This document shows, piece after piece, positions 14,536 to 24,954 of a stretch of 64,000 nucleotides of DNA. The stretch covers positions 256,001 to 320,000 of the forward strand of contig CAWKDB010000002.1 of the NCBI GenBank assembly GCA_963848295.1. Reading direction: 5' to 3'. The DNA comes from an uncultured delta proteobacterium (GTDB lineage: Bacteria; Myxococcota_A; Polyangia; Haliangiales; Haliangiaceae). The notes beneath the pieces were generated by a model, which was given only the letters and a program-made list of their open reading frames with translations, did no database searches and was not told the DNA's origin. The first letter of the stretch is position 1. Each line of letters starts with the position of its first letter. The translations under genes were made by a program, and so were the position numbers.

Positions 14536-14982
14536 ATGTCCACACGCCTACTCGCCACCGTGTTCGTGATCCTAGCCCCGAGCGTTGCTCGCGCGGATGA
14601 TTGTGCCGCCTTGGGCACCCCGCCGGCATCGGCGACGATCCCACAGCCCGCGATCGAGGCGCAGATCTCGATGGCGATGTGTCAAGCCGGGCACGCCCTC
14701 GATGCGCTCAAGGTCACGCCCGACGACGCAGGCATCGCTGCGATGACCGCCGCGACGAAGTCGAGCTTCGACATGCTCGACGACGCGATCGCGAAGAACG
14801 ATCCGTTCTGGAGCCCGGTCGCGCGGAAGGAGCGCGACGGGTTGCAGATCGCGATGGCGGTGCGCGTGCGCGATTCGATTCCGCCGATCACGGCGACGAC
14901 CGTCGGCCAGCCACTCATCGATCACGATCGAGCACACGCCGCACTCGAGCCGAAGCTCAAGACCTGGCTCGCGGTGCGCTAG
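14536..14982 (+). CDS. Secreted hypothetical protein, paralog B
   Basis: Signal peptide; shares CAAxGTPPASAxI, TPDDAGIAA, DPFWSP, AMAVRxR, HAALEPKLKxWL with paralog A. Confidence 0.85.
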   Translation: MSTRLLATVFVILAPSVARADDCAALGTPPASATIPQPAIEAQISMAMCQAGHALDALKVTPDDAGIAAMTAATKSSFDMLDDAIAKNDPFWSPVARKERDGLQIAMAVRVRDSIPPITATTVGQPLIDHDRAHAALEPKLKTWLAVR

Positions 14983-14987
14983 AACCG

Positions 14988-15525
14988 ATGCCGCTCAGAT
15001 AAGTGCGTTGACCTTGACCTTGACCTCGACATGAACATCAACGCCACCTTGGACATTGACGTCGACCCGATCAGGTCATCTTGGTGAGCATCGCCACGAT
15101 GGCTTCAAGTGGATCGATGCCGCGCGCGTAGGTCGTCTCGCCGACCAACTTCAGGACTCGCATCGTGTCCAAAGCCGCTGCGGCCTCCATCGCGGAGCCG
15201 CGCGCGTGCGTGTAGAAGCGAGCCTGATCGACGTTCGTGCGACGACCCGCACCCTCGGCGATGTTACGAGGTTGCGACTGCGCGGCGCGGACCAGCTGAT
15301 CGGCAAGCTCGGCATGACCCTTCGGAAGCTCGCCGATGATCTCCAGTGCCAGCGCGAGGAACTCGATCGAGCGTTGATCGACGCGAAGCTTCTGGAAGCT
15401 GAGCATGACCGGGCTATCGGCCACACAACTCTGGAGTTGCGGTGTCAACAGCAACGCCTAAGGTGCCGTGCAAGTTCAGGTTCAGGTTCAGGTCAAGGTC
15501 AAGGTCAACGTTATCTGAGCGGCAT
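14988..15525. mobile_element. Inverted-repeat-bounded cassette carrying a four-helix-bundle gene (no transposase)
   Basis: Perfect 15-bp IR ATGCCGCTCAGATAA (14988-15002) / TTATCTGAGCGGCAT (15511-15525), extended inward by complementary hexamer arrays; flanking direct repeat GCGCTAGAACCG (14976-14987, 15528-15539). Confidence 0.6.
15071..15406 (-). CDS. Four helix bundle protein (23S rRNA IVP / bAvd-like family)
   Basis: MLSFQKLRV..LADQLVRAAQSQPRNIAEGAGR..ARGSAMEAAAALD matches the family pattern DQLxRAxxSxxxNIAEG..ARGSxxE. Confidence 0.9.
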   Translation of the reverse strand: MLSFQKLRVDQRSIEFLALALEIIGELPKGHAELADQLVRAAQSQPRNIAEGAGRRTNVDQARFYTHARGSAMEAAAALDTMRVLKLVGETTYARGIDPLEAIVAMLTKMT

Positions 15526-15530
15526 TGGCG

Positions 15531-16752
15531 CTAGAACCGCGCCGACGCCTTCGACCAATCACAGCCGAGCTCGTCTCGCGAGACGTGGCAGCGCAAGCAC
15601 ATCCGGCGATTGCCGCGATCGAGCGCGTGACATTGCGCGCTACCTCGCCAGTTCGCGGGGTGCGGCGTGAACCGTCCCTTGCCGGACTCGGCGCTATGGC
15701 ACGTCAGGCAGTCCTCTTCGCGATGACACGACGCGCACGTCTGTACGTTGCGCCGCGCCTCCTGCGCGTGCAGGTTCGGGCCGCCCATCGCCGACGCCCA
15801 GCCGGGGCGATGAAACGCGCGCGCCAGATCGGTCGAGTTGAAGTCGGTCTGAGCGCGCGTGCCGAGCCCCGATCGCTCGTGGCACGCGACGCAGAAGCTC
15901 TCGAGCCGATGGCACGCCGAGCAGTCCGGCTGACCGCGCCGCGCCTCGACCGCGTGGGTCAGCAAGTAGTTGCCCGGGTGAAAGTCGGTCGGCTTGACGA
16001 CGCCCTGGTGGCAATCGACGCACTCCGAGCGATCGTGGCAGGCGGTGCACGTCGCGCCGACCTGCCGCGCCTGCTGTTTGTGATCCTGCGCGAAGCCCGG
16101 GTCGTGGTCGTCGCCGAGCCCGCCGCGGCGCGGCACGAGATCGCCTTGCGGCAGCTGCGTCTCGAGCAGACCGCCGAGCTTCGTGAGGTGGCAATCGGCG
16201 CAGTGGCGCGGGGTCGTGCCGTCGGTGTGGCACTCCAGGCACAGGCCCATCGTCGGGAGCTGCTTCGTGCTCGCGAGGTCGACCGTGCGCAGATCGCCGT
16301 GACAGCGCGCGCAGTCGATCTTGGCATGGGCGGCGTGACCGAACTTGAGCGCCGGCGGCGCGATGTGGACGCGATCGACCGGGCGATCGACGGAGAACCC
16401 GCGGTGACATGCGACGCAGGCCGCCGGCGGGGTCGCGACCTTCGCCGGTACGGTGCGCTCGATCGCGTGGCACGCGCGACACGCCGCTTCGGTCGGGATC
16501 AAGTTGTCGACCGCCGAGCGCGAGGTGGTCGCGGTCGGATGACACATCGCGCACACCGCGCCGCGCGCGAGGTGCGCCTTGTGCGAGAAGATCAGCGGCA
16601 GCCGTTGCTGCGGGATAGACGATCGGCGACCAGCCGACGCCCGGGTCCTCGTCGCCCGCACCCGCGACGTCCGCGCGACCGAACCGCGCCGCGCCGATCA
16701 CGGCGGCGAGGCACAGCGCGCAGACGAGGGTGAGCTTGGCGTTCGTCGTCAT
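15531..16752 (-). CDS. Exported multiheme c-type cytochrome, 13 CxxCH motifs; frameshift near 16612
   Basis: 13 CxxCH counted in the 15531..16661 frame; signal peptide MTTNAKLTLVCALCLAAVIG in an adjacent frame; ATGA overlap with upstream gene. Confidence 0.9.
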
Positions 16753-18393
16753 GGTTCGGGTAGGAAGGCGAGATCGAGCACGGCGATCACGCGGGTTTGG
16801 AACGCTCGGATCTCGTCGTAGTCGCCTTCGAGGATCGCGTGGATCGCGACGGTGTCGGCGACCCGCCACGTCGAGCTGAGCACGGTCGAGCTCGTCGTGT
16901 ACTTCTGCGCGGTGACGTTCGCGCTCACGACCGGCTCGGTCGGCGTTTCATCGTCGCGCACCGCGAGCACGATCACGCGACCGCGCAGCCAGAGCTCGCG
17001 TTGCCAGCGCCACGAGGCCTCGGCGGTGCCGCCGACGCGCCGGCCGCCCCAGCCGTCGTCCCATAGCGCGTCGAGCCGCGCCGCGCCAGGTCTCGCCGAG
17101 CCGGCGCTCGATGCCGGCGTCGCCGCCGCCGGCGACCGACGTCGTGTCGTCGATCGGGGCGTAACGGCGCAGCCACACGCTCGCGGTGCCGCGCCACGGT
17201 CCAGGCGCGGCGTATTGATAGGCGATGCGGAAATCCGTCGTCGGCTCGATCGAGAACGCGTTGAAGATCGAATCGCCGTCGAACGTCGGATAGAAGTATT
17301 CGACCGTCGGCTCGATGACGTGGTCGCCGAACCGCAGGCGGACCCCGAGCGTCTGCACGATCGAACACGGCGTTGAGGATCGAGTAGCGCGCGTCGGCGT
17401 ACGGCTGTAGTTGCAGCGCACCGAGCGTGAAGTCGCCGTGGACGCGGCCGTACATCCGCTCTTCGTCGAGGCCGGTGCCGGGCGCTTGCCCGAAGTCGTT
17501 CGGATACAGCCCGAGATCGGGATAGCTGCAGGCGATCGACCGGCCCGATCAGGCCGACCGTGTCGGACCACGTGCGGCGATAGCCGAGCTCCGCGCCGAA
17601 GTGACGCATGCGCGCGGTCGCGATCGTGACGCCGATCGTCGGTTGCGTGACGTCGCGCTGCGGGCAATACGCGGTAGTCGCTCCCGAGCGCGGTGTTGGT
17701 GGTGTCGCGGTTGCGATCGATCAGCTGCCACGAGCCGGTGCCCGGGGTCGGCCCTTCGACGTACTCCTGACAGCCTGCGCCCGACGTGCCGTCGAGCTCG
17801 TACTGCGAGGTGCCGAGCGGCGACGACTCGCGCACGCGCAACCCGGCGGACGCCGTGATCGCGATCGGCGCCGGCGCGGGGAGCTCGGCGCGAACCTGGC
17901 CGCCGTCGAACGCGGTCGTGCCCCAGCCATCGTCGCTGAGGATCCGGCCGAGCTGCGCGGTGACGTGATCGTCGAACAGCCCTTCGAACTCGAGGTAGCC
18001 GTACATGAGATCCAACGCGACCGCCGACTCCGACAGCTCGGGGATCGCATCGATCGCGCTCTGGCTGACCGGCCCGGGCAACACGACCCGGCCGTTCGTG
18101 TAATCGCCGAAGTCGTGATCGATCCGAAGGTAGCTATAGAAGCTGATGCGTAAGCCGCGGTCCGGCAGGTGCGCGACCCGGCGATCGTGCGAGAAGTCAC
18201 CGACGTCGGTGATGCGCAGGGCGAGCGTCTGGGTGAACCGCCGGCGACCGAGGTAGACGTCGGGTCCGACGAGGCGAAAGTCGGTGAGCTGATACGCCTG
18301 GCCGGTGGTCTGCGCGCGGAGCCAGAACTCGTACGCGTGTGCCGACGTGGCCGACGCAGCCACAGCCGCGATCACCGCGCACGTACGACGCAT
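16749..18393 (-). CDS. Putative outer-membrane beta-barrel protein, several frameshifts
   Basis: Signal peptide ending AHA; alternating aromatic/hydrophobic strands (FYSYLRIDHDF, LMYGYLEFEG, FGAELGYRRTW, LWLRGRVIVL, RVIAVLDLAF) spread across three frames. Confidence 0.6.
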
Positions 18394-18414
18394 CGGCGCC
18401 GACGGTATCACCCG

Positions 18415-20343
18415 CTACATGGGCTTGCGCGACGCGGTGACCGTGATCAAGTCGATGACCGAGCCCGCACCCACGGGCGCGATGCCCCACGCTCCGAGAT
18501 CGTTCGCCTCCGGATCGGCCTGGATCTCACACTGGACGAGCGTGGTCTCGGCGCTCGGTGGGCCGAACGTCAGCGTCGCCGTGCCGTTCGCCACGACCAG
18601 GTGGGCCGCGACCGACGTGTCGTCGGCGACCACCGGGACGACGCCGCCCTGGCACGATGGGCTCGACGAGCTGCCGTCGAGGCGATCGATGTGCGCGGGC
18701 ATCCCCGGCTCGACGTAACCGACGAGCGCGCGCCCCGGCCCGAGCTCTTGCGCGACGAGCGCGAAGCCGCCGGACCTGACGTCGAGGATCGCGCTGACCG
18801 AGCCGGTCGTCATCTTCGGGCCGCCGAGCAGCGCGCTCGCGCCGAGGCTGTCGTCGACCGCGGTCAACGTGTACAGCGCGCCACGCGTCACCGTGCTCGG
18901 ATCGCTCGCGGTCAAGATCGCGTTGTTCGCCGGATTCGAGAAATCGACGGCGGCGAGCGCCGAGGTCGCCCCGACGAGCGACGGCCGATAGATCCACGCT
19001 TCGGTGCCGGCATCTCGGCCGGGGAGCACGAGCACGCTGCCATCGCCGAGCCGGATCATCGTCGGCGCGTTGACGTTGCTCGGGTACCTCGTCGTCCCGG
19101 CCGCGGTCCATGTATCGGTCGTGGGTATGTAGAAGTGCACCGAATTCGGCGCATCGCCGCTGAGCGCGAGCACGCTGCCGTCTTCGAGCTCGACCATGTG
19201 GGCGTTCGTGAGCAGCGGCGCCGCAGCGGTCGCGACCAGCGTGCCTGCCGGTGTGATCTGCTGCGCGATACCCGACGCTGGGGCGAAGCCGTCGGCATCG
19301 AACGCGGTCAACGCGGCGCCACCGTCGAGCCCGACGACGTGAGCGCCGACCCCGGTGAGCTCGGTCGCGGTAGGCGTGAGCGACGGCGGATCTTGGAGCG
19401 CGAACACCTCGGCGGTGCCGGTCGTCACCTCGCTGCCCGCGACCGTGAACAGCTCGCCGCCGCCCGCCGCCGGCCCACCGTCGATCACGGTCGGGTAGAG
19501 AAACGCGGCATCGGACGCCAGGGTCTGGCCGACCTGCGGCGAATCCTGCGGCGCGTCGATCGCGAACACGTGGCTGGTCCGCGCCGCGTTCGCGGCGGTG
19601 CACGGGTCGGTCGTCAAGCAACCGCCGGTCAGCATCACGCGATCGGTGCCGACGGGGACCGCACCTTGATATGCGCGCGGCTCGGGGCGCGCCGACGCCG
19701 TGAACTTCATGGTCGTCGGATCGAAGATCGTCCACAACCGATCGCCGCCGGACAGCAGCACGCGCCCGTCGGTGAGCGTCGTCAGGACGACGCCGTCGAA
19801 GCCGAACGTGTCGTCGACCAAGCCGTCCGGCACGTCGACGTCGAGAAAGCTCGCGGTCCGCGGATCGTAGTACTCCGCGCTCGTCAGCGGCAGGTTCGCC
19901 GGATCGTGGCCGCCCGCGACGAGCACGCCATCGCCGGCCCGAGCGACGAGCGGTGCGCTGCGCGGCACGGTCATGCCGCCGACCTGGCAGAAGTCGTTCG
20001 GCGTCGCCATGAGGATCGGCAGCGCGGCGCCGGCGGCGAGGGTCTCGTAGTCGATCGGCGACGTCTTGCCTTCGGCGAGCACGAGCTGGTCGGCGTCGAC
20101 GAGCTCGATCCCGATCTGCTCGGTGTCGGCCGGGATATCGGACAGCTCGACCGGTTCGCCGTTCGGCACCGCCACCTGATGATCGCCCGCCGGGCCCCAC
20201 GCGTGGACGTTGACCGACGTGAAATCGGTGGCGCCGCAGTCACCGACCACCTCGAGCGACACGTGGGCGGGGCTGCTGCACGCGGCAAGCGCCATCGCGA
20301 GCAGGCACGCATCGAGCGCGGTCCGATGGATCACCTCCCACAT
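18415..20343 (-). CDS. Kelch-repeat lipoprotein
   Basis: Lipobox LAAC; kelch-like units GVLVAGG..SAEYYDP, LTDGRVLLSGG..IFDP, LEDGSVLALSG..YIP, LGDGSVLVLPG. Confidence 0.8.
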   Translation of the reverse strand: MWEVIHRTALDACLLAMALAACSSPAHVSLEVVGDCGATDFTSVNVHAWGPAGDHQVAVPNGEPVELSDIPADTEQIGIELVDADQLVLAEGKTSPIDYETLAAGAALPILMATPNDFCQVGGMTVPRSAPLVARAGDGVLVAGGHDPANLPLTSAEYYDPRTASFLDVDVPDGLVDDTFGFDGVVLTTLTDGRVLLSGGDRLWTIFDPTTMKFTASARPEPRAYQGAVPVGTDRVMLTGGCLTTDPCTAANAARTSHVFAIDAPQDSPQVGQTLASDAAFLYPTVIDGGPAAGGGELFTVAGSEVTTGTAEVFALQDPPSLTPTATELTGVGAHVVGLDGGAALTAFDADGFAPASGIAQQITPAGTLVATAAAPLLTNAHMVELEDGSVLALSGDAPNSVHFYIPTTDTWTAAGTTRYPSNVNAPTMIRLGDGSVLVLPGRDAGTEAWIYRPSLVGATSALAAVDFSNPANNAILTASDPSTVTRGALYTLTAVDDSLGASALLGGPKMTTGSVSAILDVRSGGFALVAQELGPGRALVGYVEPGMPAHIDRLDGSSSSPSCQGGVVPVVADDTSVAAHLVVANGTATLTFGPPSAETTLVQCEIQADPEANDLGAWGIAPVGAGSVIDLITVTASRKPM

Positions 20344-20358
20344 GATACTCTGCCCGCG

Positions 20359-22311
20359 ATGGCCGGAGCCGATGAGGCCGGGACCGATGACGCCGGGGGG
20401 GGCCGGCCGCCCCGCCAGGCGACCGAGCTGCCGACGACGTTCGGCAAGTACTACCTGACCGAGAAGCTCGCGACCGGCGGCATGGCCGAGATCTACCTCG
20501 CGAAGCTGATCGGCCCGGGCGGGTTCGAGAAGCAGCTCGTGATCAAGCAGATCCATCCGAAGCTGACCGGCCAGCGCCACTTCGTCGACCTGTTCGTCGC
20601 CGAGGCCAAGACGCTCGTCACGCTCGCGCACGGCAACATCGTCCCGGTCTACGAGCTCGGCGTGATCGACGACACCTACTTCATCGCGATGGACTACATC
20701 GACGGGCCGACACTGTATCGGTTGACCGAGACGATGTCGCGGCGCGACGCGCTGATGGAGCCGCAGGTCGCCGCGTGGATCGCCGCGCGCGTGCTCGACG
20801 GCCTGGACTACGCGCATCGCAAAGGCGAAGGCGTGATCCATCGCGATCTGTCGCCGCGCAACGTGATGATGTCGCGCGACGGCGAGGTCAAGCTCGTCGA
20901 CTTCGGGATCGCGGTGACGCTCGGCGAGACCGGCGAGTCCCATCAGAGCGCGCCGACCGGCTCGTTCCCGTACATGTCGCCCGAGCAAGTGCGGCGCGAC
21001 GCGCTGACCGGGCAGACCGACTTGTTCTCGGTCGGCGTGCTGCTGTGGGAGATGCTCGTCGGACGCCGGCTGTTCGCGCGGTCGGATGCCGATGCGACGC
21101 TCGCGGCGGTCGTCGGGTTCGCGATCCCGCTGCCGTCGAGCGAGCGCCCCGAGGTGCCGGCGAAGCTCGAGGAGGTCGTGATGCGCGCGCTCGAGCGCGA
21201 TCGCGAGGCGCGCTGGGCCAATGCCGGGGACATGGTCGCCGCGCTCAATCGCTACCTCTATGCGCTCGACGAGCCGCCGGGCGCTCGCGAGATCGCGGCG
21301 CTGGTCGCGAAGTTCTGTCCGCCCGCGACCCGCCGGCTGCCGACGCACCTCGAGGCGATCGCGACCGATCCGTCTGCCGATGCGCGCGACCCCGCGGCGC
21401 CCGAGCCCGCCGACGCCGACGGCGACGCGAGCGGGCCGGTGACGCCCTCGCCGCCCTTGCCCGGGCCGCACACCGCCGTGATCCCGCGCGAGGGCAACGC
21501 GCCACGCGGCAAGAAGCAGCGCCGCGCCCAGACGTTCGCGACCCACGTCGAGCTCGCGAGCATGCTCGAGCGCGCGACGCCGGCCGAGGGCGATGGCGAA
21601 GTCGACGAGACCAACGGCGCGAACATCGAGACGTCACCGACCGCGGCGCCGCGCACCCCGGATCGGCCACCGACCGTCGAGGTCGCCGAGGATCTCGAAG
21701 AGCCCGAGCCGCGACCCGGCATCATCGCGCCGAAGTTCAACTTCGGAGTCCCCGGTCGCCGGGCGCCGAGTCGTTTCGTGCTCGGTATCGCGGCGATCGG
21801 CATGGCGGTGCTCGGCACGATCGCGCTGTTCGTCGTCCTGCGCGCGCGCAGCCAGTTCGCGCGCAACGGACTCGCCGACGCGCCGCGCGCCGACGTCGCC
21901 GCGATCGTGCCGCCGCTGTTCGACGCCGCGATCGACGCGCCGCCTGCGATCGATGCCGGCGAGCCCGATGCCGAGCCGCCACCGGTCGACGCCGCGGTCT
22001 TGGTCCATCGCGACGCTGCGGTCAGGCTCCGCCCCGATGCCGACGTCGTTCAGCCGCCGTCGCGCGTCGATGCAGCGGTCATTGCGCCGGCCGGGACGGC
22101 CACGCTGAAGCTGGGCGCGAAACCGTGGGCCGAGGTCTACATCGACGGCGCCAAGCAGGGGGCTCAGGCACCGAACGACTTCCGGGTGCCCGTCGGGCAC
22201 CATTCGATCAGACTCGTGTTCCCCGCCGTTGATCCGCCGCGCGAGCAGAAGTTCGAGGTCGACGTCAAGGCGGGCGAGACCATGCCACTCGCCGCCGACT
22301 TCACGCAGTGA
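20359..22311 (+). CDS. Membrane Ser/Thr protein kinase with C-terminal PEGA-like domain
   Basis: LATGGMAEIY, VIKQI, IHRDLSPRN, DFG, YMSPEQ; TM; DAA-rich linker; KPWAEVYIDG..VPVGHHSIRL. Confidence 0.92.
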   Translation: MAGADEAGTDDAGGGRPPRQATELPTTFGKYYLTEKLATGGMAEIYLAKLIGPGGFEKQLVIKQIHPKLTGQRHFVDLFVAEAKTLVTLAHGNIVPVYELGVIDDTYFIAMDYIDGPTLYRLTETMSRRDALMEPQVAAWIAARVLDGLDYAHRKGEGVIHRDLSPRNVMMSRDGEVKLVDFGIAVTLGETGESHQSAPTGSFPYMSPEQVRRDALTGQTDLFSVGVLLWEMLVGRRLFARSDADATLAAVVGFAIPLPSSERPEVPAKLEEVVMRALERDREARWANAGDMVAALNRYLYALDEPPGAREIAALVAKFCPPATRRLPTHLEAIATDPSADARDPAAPEPADADGDASGPVTPSPPLPGPHTAVIPREGNAPRGKKQRRAQTFATHVELASMLERATPAEGDGEVDETNGANIETSPTAAPRTPDRPPTVEVAEDLEEPEPRPGIIAPKFNFGVPGRRAPSRFVLGIAAIGMAVLGTIALFVVLRARSQFARNGLADAPRADVAAIVPPLFDAAIDAPPAIDAGEPDAEPPPVDAAVLVHRDAAVRLRPDADVVQPPSRVDAAVIAPAGTATLKLGAKPWAEVYIDGAKQGAQAPNDFRVPVGHHSIRLVFPAVDPPREQKFEVDVKAGETMPLAADFTQ

Positions 22312-22327
22312 CGGGACATGGTGGGAC

Positions 22328-22481
22328 ATGGTGACGCTGTCGCTATTGTCAACTTGCGCGCCGTGAGGGCATTTCGCATTCGTCGACCGGAAGCTGGATC
22401 TGCTCTGTGCCCAAGTAGACAAAAGCGACAGCGTCACCATCGGCTTCAAGTAGACAAAAGCGACAGCGTCACCATCGGCTT
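22328..22481. repeat. REP-like intergenic repeat: two exact 35-bp tandem copies plus one inverted 29-bp copy
   Basis: CAAGTAGACAAAAGCGACAGCGTCACCATCGGCTT at 22412-22446 and 22447-22481; reverse-complement copy with 2 mismatches at 22328-22356. Confidence 0.9.
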
Positions 22482-23706
22482 AGTGGCCGAATTTGCTCGG
22501 ATCGAGATCCAGGATGGGGGGCGGCTTGGAGGCTGAGGTCGAGACGATGATCGCCAGGGTCGTGATGACGGCGGCGGCGCCGACGCTGCCCCACAACCAG
22601 CCGTTGCGGCAGAGCTTGCATCGCGGGCCGCCGCCGCCAGCGATGCCGCCGGCACGGACGTCGCGCAAGACGCTCGGGGGATAGCGCAGCTCGCCGTTCG
22701 AGACGCCTTGCCACACCGAACGCGCCGCCGCGTCGAGCCCGCTGCGATCGGCGTAGCCGATCTCGACGACCGCGCTGCACAGGGCCGGTGCGCCGGCACA
22801 GCGCTGCGCGAGCAACGTCGGTCCACCGCGGCGTTCGGTCTCGACCACGACGATCACCTCGTCGACATCCGCGAACCGCAACGTCGCATCGACGAGCTCC
22901 TGTTGCGCGTGGTCCGACATGCCGAGCTCGGCGCCGGCCGCGAGTCGAGTCGTCGCCTCGTCGCGATCGAGCTCGATCGAGACGTCGCGGGTCGCGTCGT
23001 CGACCGCGACCGCGATCGCATGCGCGTGATACATCGGCGCGCGCGCGATCACGACGTGCTGGCCGCGCGCGAGCTCGCCCTCGAACGGGGCGCGCCCGAC
23101 GTCCTTGCCGTCGACGCTGACCGTCGCGTCGGTCGGATCGACCGCGATCCGCGTGTGCTGCATCGTCGGGGTCAGCGCACGCACCGCGTCCACCTGCTGC
23201 GATCACGTTCGGCGAGAACTCGAGCTCGGTGATCGGCCGATCCGGGTCGAGCGCGAGCGCGAGTGCGATCGCGGCTTGCGACGCCTCGGTGCGCCCGAGC
23301 TGGCCGAGCACCGCGCCGAGCTTGAGCGAGGCGTCGGCGTAGAGCACCGAGCCACCAGGCAACGCGACGATGTCCTCGGCGTCGGTGCGCGCCGCGGCGA
23401 GCCGCTCGGCCGCGAACCCGAGCGTCGACGCGCTGGTAGGCATCCCAGCCCTCGTCGATCTGTTCGCGGACGCGGCGAAACCGCTGCAGCGTCTCGACCG
23501 GCACGGCGCCCGCAGCGGCGGCATCTCGCGCCTCGTTCGACCGCTCCCGGGACGATCGTCCTGGGCCGCTCCGCCGCGATCGCGCGCGCCATCGCCGCGG
23601 CGACCGTGCCGCGTGACTCGCCGGCCGCGACGATCCCCACACTATCGGCCGCCGCGATCCGCGCGGTCAACGCGATCGCTGCCACCAGGGCGACCCGAGC
23701 CCGCAT
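22480..23706 (-). CDS. PEGA-domain exported/membrane protein, several frameshifts
   Basis: Signal peptide MRARVALVAAIALTARIAAA; PEGA VDPTDATVSVDGKDVGRAP..LARGQHVV; C-terminal WLW plus TM. Confidence 0.7.
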
Positions 23707-23728
23707 CGGCACGAGTATACTCTCGCGC

Positions 23729-23998
23729 ATGTCGTTCGAATGGCTCGAGTGCACCCCGATGCGCCGCAACGGTGCCGAGCTGCGCGCCAAGGTCGCCGCC
23801 GCCGAGCTCGCGAGCCGAGCGGGCTTGCTGTATCGCCTCGGTTTCTCGCAGGACGCTGCCACCAAGCGGCTCGCCGCGCGCGTCGCGTGGGAGTACGACC
23901 CACCGTCGAAGCACGGCGGCCCGCACACGCGGCCGGCGGCCCTGTCCGACGCGGCGATCGCGAAGATCGTCGCCGAGACCTTCGCCCGCCGCCCGTGA
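23729..23998 (+). CDS. Small hypothetical protein (89 aa)
   Basis: MSFEWLECTPMRRNG..RVAWEYDP; divergent from PEGA gene; GTGA overlap with next gene. Confidence 0.65.
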   Translation: MSFEWLECTPMRRNGAELRAKVAAAELASRAGLLYRLGFSQDAATKRLAARVAWEYDPPSKHGGPHTRPAALSDAAIAKIVAETFARRP

Positions 23999-24954
23999 AC
24001 CTGCGCGCGCTCGCGATCGCGACGGTCGCGTGCCAAGTGCACGCCGGCGCGCCGGCGCACCCCGCAGCGCCGCTCGCCAAGGCCCCGGCGATCGATCAGC
24101 TCGGGCTGACGTCGATGATCGGCACGTGGCGGTGGATGCTGCGACACCGGCGCCGCCGGCACCGATCGCGTCGAGACCGAGACCTGGCGCTCGGGCAAGA
24201 TCCGGCGAGCGAGACCCGGCTCGTGGGTCACTACATGCGCGTGGTCGAGGTCCGCGTCGACCGACCGCGTGCCGTTCCAGTGCAACCAGCGGCTGTGGTA
24301 TCGCCAGCGCGCGGTGTTCGACGTCGTCGTCGAGCACGATCGCTCGGGCTTCGCGGTGCGCGAGACCGGCGTCACCGCCGAGTCCATCGCCGTGCGACGA
24401 CGGCTTGCGCGAGCTCGGCGACCTACCGCGCCGACCGCGCCGGCACGCGGCTCGTGCTGCACTGGCCGAGCGGGCAGCAGACGCTGTGGCAGATCGCCGA
24501 TCGCCCGCGAGCGCCCCGGCGCGCCGCGGCCCGCCGATCACGCCGGCGGGCCCGTGGCGCTGGGAAGACCTCGAGCTACGACGACGAGCGGCAACGATCC
24601 GCGACGAACGCGAGTGGTGGGAGATCACGCACCACAGCGCGACCCAGCTCGACATCACGTATCGCCGCCGCGTGACGGTCCGGACGGCCGGACGGCTCGC
24701 CGATCGCGTGTGCGGGCGCGCCGAGCTGGAGCTTCGACGACGCGTACGTCGCGAGCGCGCAGCGCGAGGAGGAGCACTGGCACCTGTTCGAGCTCGCGGT
24801 CGAACCCGGCGATCACCCGTGCCTGCGCCCGACGCCCGAGCGCACGCTCGACGAAGCGACCGCCGAGCAGATCGGCGACTACTTCGTGCTCGAGCTGGCG
24901 CGGCAAGCGCCGCGCAGGTCCTCTATCGGCCCGACCCGGTCGTCGGGCGAGTAG
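23995..24954 (+). CDS. Putative lipoprotein with two similar beta-rich domains, heavily frameshifted (end approximate)
   Basis: VAC lipobox; repeated GTWRW..ETETWR..YMRVVEVR and GPWRW..EREWWE..YRRRVTVR segments in different frames. Confidence 0.5.

Noticed and set aside
15071..15406. DGR (Avd) locus or 23S rRNA intervening sequence
   Set aside because: No reverse transcriptase, TR/VR pair or rRNA sequence seen in the window
18169..21546. 1380-aa and 1043-aa overlapping giant ORFs
   Set aside because: Each is a real gene extended by the stop-free antisense frame of its divergent neighbour
22412..22481. CRISPR array (35-bp repeats)
   Set aside because: The two copies are directly adjacent with no spacer, and no cas genes are in the window
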